Part shown: positions 57,400-64,000 of the stretch, piece by piece
Layout of the letters: each line of letters starts with the position of its first letter
How positions within the stretch are numbered: position 1 is the stretch's first letter
From: Planctomycetota bacterium
Lineage (GTDB): Bacteria > Planctomycetota > PLA2 > JAEUHO01
Assembly (NCBI GenBank): GCA_965223505.1
Contig: CBDCWP010000034.1
Coordinates: 1 to 64,000, forward strand
Reading direction: 5' to 3'
Length of the DNA stretch: 64,000 bases
Program-made: the position numbers and the translations under genes
Notes under the pieces: model-generated
Told to the model about the DNA's origin: nothing
Seen by the model: the letters and a program-made list of their open reading frames with translations, nothing else
The model's database searches: none

Positions 57400-59892
57400 A
57401 TGCTTCGACGCACACGTATCACCACGATCGTGACCGCCGTACTGGCCACGACGCTCATCCTGACCACCGCCTGCGGCGGCGGTGTCGGTGGCAGCTCCGC
57501 CGACCGACACGTCGATCGCCCGGTGGTTCGCAGCTTCTCGCCGTTCCTGTCACCGATCGACTTCGGCAACCTGCAGCAGAACCCCACGTTCTCCAACAAC
57601 GCGCTCACCAGCTCGACCGACCCGCGCTTCCCCGGCGAGATCGTGATCACGTTCCAGGAGAGCACCGTCATCGACTTCGGCACCGTGTTCCTCGGCGGTT
57701 CGCCCGCGCTCGGTGTCGATCCCTCCGCGCTGCAGATCACCCAGGAGATCCCCGGCGTCGGCAACATCACCATTCCGGTCGAGGTCCTGAGCGCGTCCGC
57801 GCCCTTCACGGACCCGGCCACCGGCCTCCCAGTGACGCCGACCGAGCCGCTCGATCACGTCATCCGTTGCCAGCCGCTGCCGCCGTTCGCATCCGCCGGC
57901 GCGGGCAACAACGGCACCGGCTTCGTCACCAACATGCCCGACGGCCAGTACACGATCGGCGTGTTCAAGAACATCCGCAACACCGAGTCGAAGGAGATGG
58001 TCCGTGGTCCGGTCTTCCACTCGTTCTTCGTCGGCGCGAACGACACGATCCGGCCGCGCGTCCTGAGCACGAATCCGGTCAACGGTGAGCAGAACGTCGG
58101 CGCCGGCGCGCCGCCGCCCGCGGCCCCGCCCGGCGTCGAGGGCATCGCGGACGTCACGACCAACGTGTTCGGCCCGACCTCGCCCGACATCACCATCCGC
58201 TTCACGGAGGGCATCACCGCCACGACCGTGAACGCGAACAACATCACCGTCGTCGATGCCGGCGCCTTCGTGCCCGGCGGCGGCGCGCCGCCCCAGCTCG
58301 CGCCCGCGCCCGGCTTCCCGAAGCTCAAGAGCGACAACGACCGCGAGACGCTGCCCTCGAACGGGCACGAGATCATCTGGCGCGTGGATCCCACGACCGG
58401 CGGCTTCCCCTTCGGCACGCAGATCCAGGTCACGGTGATCGGCGAGGACCCGGACACGAACGGCAACCCGACGAACCAGGCGCCCATCGCCGACCTGGCC
58501 GGGAACAAGATGGAGCTGTCGGATTCGTTCCAGTTCCAGACGGTCGCGCCGCCGGACCTGCCGAACTGCCCCTTCCCCGAGTACGCCATCTGGTGGTCGG
58601 CGTCGGACCGCGTCGGCGTCATCGACTCCGTGAACCAGCAGGGCCTGGCGGACCAGTTCACCGGTGCGCAGCAGTTCCCGCTGGGTGTGCCGGAGAACGT
58701 GCTTCCGCCGTTCAACGACACGATCGCGACGGCCGCGAACATCCCGAACTTCTCTCCCGGCGAGATCTTGATCGACACCCGCACCGCGTTCCAGACGCAC
58801 CACAGCTGGGCGTACGTGCAGTCCGCCGAGAGCGGTCAGATCGCGATCGTGCACACGAAGAACATGATCCCGGTCGCGTTGATCAACACGCCGACGCCCG
58901 GCGGCATCGCCACGCAGACGGCCAACCAGGGTGCCAAGGTGCTGCTGGTGACGAACTCGTCGGCGAACACGATCACCGCGTTCAGCCTGGCCAACATCAC
59001 GCCCGGGGTGCAGTTCCTCAACGGCCCGATCTTCATCACGAAGGTCACGCCCACGGGCAACACCCCGGCCGGCGTCGCGATCTCCGCGCCGCCCGCGCCC
59101 GCGCTCATTCCGGATCACTGGAACCGAGACGGTCCCTTCAGCGGGCCCGGCAACGAGGTGATCATGTACGTCGACAAGACGGACGGCGTCGTCAACACGA
59201 CCACGCTGGCGTCCGACGAGCCGGTCAAGCAGTTCGCGCTCGGCGTCGGCTCCGCGCCGAACGACATCTCGATGAGCCCGTGTTTCGGCGGGCCGGTCGT
59301 GATGTTCGCCGCGATCTCGCAAGGCGGCCTGAGCGGTCAGGGCAAGGTGGCGTACTACATCGCCGGGCCCGGCTGCACGACCGGGGCGAGCACGCCGCAG
59401 CGACCGGACAGCATCGTGGGCGACCTGACCGGCTTCGACGGCCCGGCCGGCCTCGACAACCTGTTCGTTCCGTTCAACAGCGCGTTCTGGGCGGTCGCCG
59501 AGTCGGGCACCGACTCCATCTCGACCCTCGGCTTCGTGACCGGGACGTTCAACATCCCGGACATCATCAGCCGCTTCGACAACGTCGGGAACAACCCGAC
59601 CAGCATCGCGCACCGTCCGTCGTACTTCCCGCCGTGCATCGCCATCGCGGGCTCGACGGGTTGCCTCGGGCCGCTGCCGCTCGGCTATCAGTACAAGGGC
59701 ACGCAGCAGCTGGTGAACCAGCGCGGCCTGAACGGCACGGACACCACGTTCGATCCTTCGACCGACCTGTACGTCTGTGCGCGCGGCGAGGGGAAGGTGA
59801 CCGTCATCGACCAGGTTTCGGGGGCGCTCAGCTTCTACAGTCCGATCCCGATCCCCGGGATCCGGCAGGTTGCGAGCACGGCGAGTCAGTAA
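57400..59892 (+). CDS. Large surface lipoprotein with Big_5 domains and YVTN-like beta-propeller
   Basis: LTTAC-GGG lipobox; PRVLSTNP, IADLAGN..FQFQT; LVTNSSANTI, TGNTPAGVAI, VGNNPTSIA. Confidence 0.8.
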   Translation: MLRRTRITTIVTAVLATTLILTTACGGGVGGSSADRHVDRPVVRSFSPFLSPIDFGNLQQNPTFSNNALTSSTDPRFPGEIVITFQESTVIDFGTVFLGGSPALGVDPSALQITQEIPGVGNITIPVEVLSASAPFTDPATGLPVTPTEPLDHVIRCQPLPPFASAGAGNNGTGFVTNMPDGQYTIGVFKNIRNTESKEMVRGPVFHSFFVGANDTIRPRVLSTNPVNGEQNVGAGAPPPAAPPGVEGIADVTTNVFGPTSPDITIRFTEGITATTVNANNITVVDAGAFVPGGGAPPQLAPAPGFPKLKSDNDRETLPSNGHEIIWRVDPTTGGFPFGTQIQVTVIGEDPDTNGNPTNQAPIADLAGNKMELSDSFQFQTVAPPDLPNCPFPEYAIWWSASDRVGVIDSVNQQGLADQFTGAQQFPLGVPENVLPPFNDTIATAANIPNFSPGEILIDTRTAFQTHHSWAYVQSAESGQIAIVHTKNMIPVALINTPTPGGIATQTANQGAKVLLVTNSSANTITAFSLANITPGVQFLNGPIFITKVTPTGNTPAGVAISAPPAPALIPDHWNRDGPFSGPGNEVIMYVDKTDGVVNTTTLASDEPVKQFALGVGSAPNDISMSPCFGGPVVMFAAISQGGLSGQGKVAYYIAGPGCTTGASTPQRPDSIVGDLTGFDGPAGLDNLFVPFNSAFWAVAESGTDSISTLGFVTGTFNIPDIISRFDNVGNNPTSIAHRPSYFPPCIAIAGSTGCLGPLPLGYQYKGTQQLVNQRGLNGTDTTFDPSTDLYVCARGEGKVTVIDQVSGALSFYSPIPIPGIRQVASTASQ

Positions 59893-59922
59893 TCGCCGGG
59901 CGCGCCTCCACGAGGCCGTGGA

Positions 59923-60462
59923 TCACGCCGATTCCTGCTTCGCCGCCTGACGCTTGCGTCGCCGGCGACGGACCATCGGCGTGATCCACAGCCACAGCCC
60001 GCTGAACACGAGAAACATCACGCAGATCGCGACCAACGGCATGACGTAGTCGTGGAAGGGCTTCCCGACCCACGATCCGTCGTGGATCTGCTCCAGCCAG
60101 TCCGACGTGCGCGTGTCCGTGCTCAGGATCGCGCCGGTCACCGCGTCGACCTGGATCTCCGCGTGGTTGTGCTTCGATCGAACCTTGTAGACCCGCCTGT
60201 CCGGCCTGACGTCGATGCGGTCGATGTCGTCGGGCGAGCGGAAATCCGGATGATCCGCGGCCTGCACGCGCTGCCACGCTTCGTCGATGGAGATGAACTC
60301 CTCGATCGTCCCCTCCGCGCCCTTCTGCGTGGGGGGCTGGATCCAGTCGAACTCCTTCTTGAGCAGCAGGAGGAAGCCCGTCACCGCCGTCACGGCCAGG
60401 AAGGTCGCCGCGCACACGCCGACCCACTTGTGCGCCTTGAAGAAGAACCGAAGCGTGTTCAT
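59923..60462 (-). CDS. PepSY-associated TM helix domain protein
   Basis: HKWVG..VTGFLL, IQVDAVTGAIL, LEQIHDG, SGLWLW. Confidence 0.85.
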   Translation of the reverse strand: MNTLRFFFKAHKWVGVCAATFLAVTAVTGFLLLLKKEFDWIQPPTQKGAEGTIEEFISIDEAWQRVQAADHPDFRSPDDIDRIDVRPDRRVYKVRSKHNHAEIQVDAVTGAILSTDTRTSDWLEQIHDGSWVGKPFHDYVMPLVAICVMFLVFSGLWLWITPMVRRRRRKRQAAKQESA

Positions 60463-60533
60463 CGCCGCGGAATGCTACACCGTTCGCGCGCTTTGTCGTG
60501 CGCGCATGAGTCCGAGGCCGGCGCGCATGGTGG

Positions 60534-63038
60534 TCAGTCCCGCCACGCCGCGTCGTCGCGTAGCGCCCAGTCGTCGTCGAAGAACCCGGCGCCGCGCACG
60601 CCCTTCGAGCCGAGCTGGGTCATCTCCGCCCCGTAGACGATCCAATCCGGGAACCCTGCGCCCGAGAGGAAGTACGGGATCTGATTCGTCACGCGCATCC
60701 CGGGGAGTCCGGTGCCGGCCACGACGCCGACGCTCGCCACCTCGCTGTCCTTGCGCGGATAGATGAACAGGAGCCCGATGTCGCCGCCCTCGAACACACG
60801 GTCGCCGACCTCGAGCCGGTCGTCGTGGATCTTCCAGTCGTGGTCGCCGAGCACCTTCTTCCACGCGGAGTTGCCGTCGCGGTTGCCGTAAAGGACCACG
60901 TTGCGGTCGGTGTTCGACAGGGGATCGAAGCGCGTGTCCGAGACGACTTCGATGGAGCCGTTGCCGCGATACCAAAACGTCTCCGCGTCGTAGCGCGCCT
61001 TGTGGAACGCCCAGTCCGCCTGCGCCTTCGTGCCGCCGGTCCCGTACACGAAGACGACGTCGTTGCGAAACGCGTCCTTGAACGTTCCGTAGCGCCGCGG
61101 ATTCTTGTACCAGTGGGCGAGGCCCGCGTCGTGGCGCCAGGCGCCGTCCCGGGCGCGGCTCACCGTGACGACGCCGTCCGCCGGCCACGGCAGTTCGAAC
61201 GGATCCTCGTCGTTCAGCTCGATCCGCACCGGCGTGTCGGCCGGCAGCACGTCCCTGGCGGCGAAAGCGGTGAGGTCCAGCTCGAGCCGCGCGACGTTGC
61301 TCGTCTTGACCGCCAGGAGCCGTTGCTTGGGTTTCATCTCGACGGCGAGTGTGCTCGGCTCGAGCGGCTTGTTCTGGCTCAGGATGCGCAGCCAGTGGCA
61401 GCGGTCGTTGATGCCGGGACTGATCGTCGTGAAGGCGAGCTTGGTCAGCGTGTGCGGCTCGGGCAGTACGTTGCGCTTCAGGAAGTCGAAGAGCGGCGGC
61501 CAGTCCATGCACTGGTTGCCCCACCAGTGTCCGGCGCCGGGCTGCTCGTAGTACGCGAAGTTCGTGTGGAACTTCGCGAGACGCTCGCGCATGAACCGCG
61601 CCTGGCTCACGGGCACGTTTTCGTCCTTGTCGCCGTGCAGCACGTAGATCCCGTGGTGCCGATAGTTGGACTCCAGCAGCAACGTGCGGCTCACGTTCGC
61701 CGCGCGATCGAGCATCGCCTGCACCGGCGTCGGATCCTTCCACGCAACACCGCCGCCGTACGACCAGAAGTCGCGCCACCCGGCGCTGGGCGCGATCGCC
61801 GCGAATCGCCCCGCCATGTGCGCGCCGAGGCTCCAGGTGCCGTGACCGCCCATCGAGTGCCCGGTCAGATACGTGCGGCGCCAGTCCGCTCCGAAGCGAT
61901 GGTGGGAATCAGCCAACACCTCCAATGCGTCGAGCCGGCCCCAGTCCTCCCAGTCGAAGCCGAAGGGGCGCCGGTTGGAGGGGGCCACGACGACGGCCCA
62001 GTCCTTCATCCTGTAACATCCGGCCTGCCTCATCGCTTCGACGCCCGCACCGTGAAGCGAGAGCACGTATGCCGGCGGCTCGTCGCCGTCATGCGCCGGC
62101 GGGACCACGCCGTAGTACTGCGTGCTACCGTCGATCATGCTGACGAATGTGCGCTTGTGGTGTTGATCGGGGTGGCGCACGCGCAGTGTGAGCACATCCT
62201 TGTCCAGCGGTTCGTCGTCTTCCTCGTCGTCGTCGTAGACCTCGATCTCGACTTCAACGGTCTCGTCCTCCGAAGCGATGACCGGAAGCCGGACGGCGAT
62301 CTTCCGACTCGAGAGCGGCGGAAGCGAAAACCACGGCGTCGAAACGGTCTTCGAGCCGAAGGTTGCCGAGATGGACAGGTTGTCCCACCAACCGCCGGTC
62401 GCGTTCGTGACGATCACGCCGGCGACCATCTTCTCAGGTCGCCCGTGAAGTACGTCCGGCAGCGTGCGGTCCTTCTTCTCGAAGAAGACGGGCGTGTCCC
62501 TCGGCGTGGACGCGTCCAGCGTCGCCTTCATGCGACCGCGGCCGCCCTTGAACAGCAGCTCGTTCGTGCCCTTGCGGAGCTGGATCGCGATGCGCGTGAT
62601 GCCGGCGTTGTAGACGTCGCCGACGCGCGGCACGCCGTTCACGTACACGTGGCGGTGGCCGCGCGCCGACAGCAGCACGACGCGGTCCTTGCCCGAGTAC
62701 ACCGTCGCGAGCCCGTAGCCGCCGCGCAGGGCGGCGTTCTGGAACCAGCCCTTCTCGTCCGCTCGAATCTCCTTCCACGTGCCCCTCGGCCCGTTTGGGA
62801 GTCCGATCGACTCGCCGGCCTTCGGCGTCTTCCAGGTCCCGTGAACCAGCTGGTGCTCCACCGCGTCCATGAACACCGGCGCCCGGCCGCCGTGGCTCAC
62901 GCGCGGCACGACCAACATCGTGCGCACGCGCTTCGGCTCCTGCCAGTCCTCGTCGTCCTCGTGCGCGCGCGCGGGGTGCGCGGGCAGCAAGGCCAGCGTG
63001 AAGAACGCGATGAACACGTTGGCGAGGTGTAGCTTCAT
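60534..63038 (-). CDS. Secreted S9/prolyl-oligopeptidase-like serine hydrolase with accessory beta domains
   Basis: Signal peptide; LSLHGAG, TGHSMGG, LHGDKDENVP, GAGHWW. Confidence 0.85.
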   Translation of the reverse strand: MKLHLANVFIAFFTLALLPAHPARAHEDDEDWQEPKRVRTMLVVPRVSHGGRAPVFMDAVEHQLVHGTWKTPKAGESIGLPNGPRGTWKEIRADEKGWFQNAALRGGYGLATVYSGKDRVVLLSARGHRHVYVNGVPRVGDVYNAGITRIAIQLRKGTNELLFKGGRGRMKATLDASTPRDTPVFFEKKDRTLPDVLHGRPEKMVAGVIVTNATGGWWDNLSISATFGSKTVSTPWFSLPPLSSRKIAVRLPVIASEDETVEVEIEVYDDDEEDDEPLDKDVLTLRVRHPDQHHKRTFVSMIDGSTQYYGVVPPAHDGDEPPAYVLSLHGAGVEAMRQAGCYRMKDWAVVVAPSNRRPFGFDWEDWGRLDALEVLADSHHRFGADWRRTYLTGHSMGGHGTWSLGAHMAGRFAAIAPSAGWRDFWSYGGGVAWKDPTPVQAMLDRAANVSRTLLLESNYRHHGIYVLHGDKDENVPVSQARFMRERLAKFHTNFAYYEQPGAGHWWGNQCMDWPPLFDFLKRNVLPEPHTLTKLAFTTISPGINDRCHWLRILSQNKPLEPSTLAVEMKPKQRLLAVKTSNVARLELDLTAFAARDVLPADTPVRIELNDEDPFELPWPADGVVTVSRARDGAWRHDAGLAHWYKNPRRYGTFKDAFRNDVVFVYGTGGTKAQADWAFHKARYDAETFWYRGNGSIEVVSDTRFDPLSNTDRNVVLYGNRDGNSAWKKVLGDHDWKIHDDRLEVGDRVFEGGDIGLLFIYPRKDSEVASVGVVAGTGLPGMRVTNQIPYFLSGAGFPDWIVYGAEMTQLGSKGVRGAGFFDDDWALRDDAAWRD

Positions 63039-63182
63039 GAGGACGGTTCCGGGCGGCGCCGCAGTATGACCGAACACGTGGTTTCCGGCACGGGGAGACA
63101 CCGTTCGGAATCGCACGCCCGCGCCGTTCTTCCTCACATCCGGCCGTCTTGCGCGGCCCGAAGCACGTGCTACCGTCGCCGC

Positions 63183-64000
63183 GTGACACGCGAACACGTT
63201 CTTCGCCGCGCGCCCCTTCGAATCGCGTGCGTCGTGATCCTGGCGGCGCTCTTCTGCGCGCCGCTGCTTGCCGAGGACGACGAGGGTGAAGCGCCCGGCA
63301 AATGCACGTGTCACAAGGGCCACGCGACGTGGGAGTACCTGCGCTCGCCGATGGTCCCGCCCGAGGATCCGCCGCGCTGTCCCAACATGGTCGCCGGCGG
63401 CAACTGCGGTGGGAAGCGCCGTCCCCAGGACGCGGACGCCGAGTGCTGGGGCAGCCGGAAGAAGGAGTGCTTCTTCAAGCGGCATGCCTACAGCTGGGAC
63501 ATCAGCTGCAGCGTGTGCTGGGCGGACGACAAGTGCGAGGCCTGCAACGACCTCATCGGCGGGCCCGACCCGGTCGCGGCGGGAATCCTCGAGGACCGCA
63601 TGAAGGCCGAGGCCGAGACGCTGAAGGGCGAGCTCGTCATCTGCAAGTCGAAGCACTTCTACGTCGTGACGAACCTGCACAAGAAGGTCAAGGTCGTTAC
63701 CAAGCGCGGTAGCCGTCGGCTGATGACGTCCCACGAGCTGGCGCACCTTTTCGCCCAGCGCTGCGAGCAGGCCTTCGACGACTTCGACAAGTGGTTCGGC
63801 GGCAACGTCCTCCTACCCAAGCCCATGGCCGTCTACATCACCGACACGCTGCGCGAGAACGACGCCATCGGCCATCGTTACTTCGGGCGCGCCGGCATCC
63901 ACATGAACTACGCGTTCGCCTACAACAACCGGATCGCGAACGGGCTGTGCGGCAACGGCTTCGTGATGAACTATCAGGAGCAGCACTCCGATCATCACCT
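63183..64000 (+). CDS. Secreted Cys-rich hypothetical protein with HExxH motif, runs off the window (absent from the ORF track)
   Basis: Open frame from GTG 63183: signal peptide, ten Cys in about 85 aa, then SHELAHLF. Confidence 0.75.
   Translation, partial: MTREHVLRRAPLRIACVVILAALFCAPLLAEDDEGEAPGKCTCHKGHATWEYLRSPMVPPEDPPRCPNMVAGGNCGGKRRPQDADAECWGSRKKECFFKRHAYSWDISCSVCWADDKCEACNDLIGGPDPVAAGILEDRMKAEAETLKGELVICKSKHFYVVTNLHKKVKVVTKRGSRRLMTSHELAHLFAQRCEQAFDDFDKWFGGNVLLPKPMAVYITDTLRENDAIGHRYFGRAGIHMNYAFAYNNRIANGLCGNGFVMNYQEQHSDHH

Overview
GC-rich bacterial chromosome segment, probably from an uncultured Planctomycetota-like lineage (inferred from gene repertoire: Big_5 lipoproteins, prenyltransferase-repeat protein, kinase-FGE fusion). 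It carries the end of an arginine operon (argB-argE-argH; the first 1.1 kb has six single-base insertions that look like long-read errors), a 2-oxoacid dehydrogenase operon with two E1-alpha genes, a divergent six-gene fatty-acid modification cluster resembling the furan/cyclopropane pathway, tRNA-Leu(TAG), galK, folE, a glcD-like gene coupled to a cysteine-less NifU-like gene, nth coupled to a degenerate PolX-PHP gene, and a divergent cbb3-type oxidase operon. After tRNA-Lys(CTT) comes an accessory stretch of small or decayed ORFs, followed by assorted enzymes, regulators and surface proteins. The best candidate for an undescribed system is the cbb3-like operon (36420-41430): CcoP is replaced by an 894-aa protein with an Ig-like domain, a TM helix, one c-type heme, an NTF2-like domain and three tandem cytochrome-c-like repeats that keep His and Met but lack CxxCH. 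No CRISPR array, rRNA, integrase or transposase was seen. All family calls come from reading motifs by eye; no database search was run.
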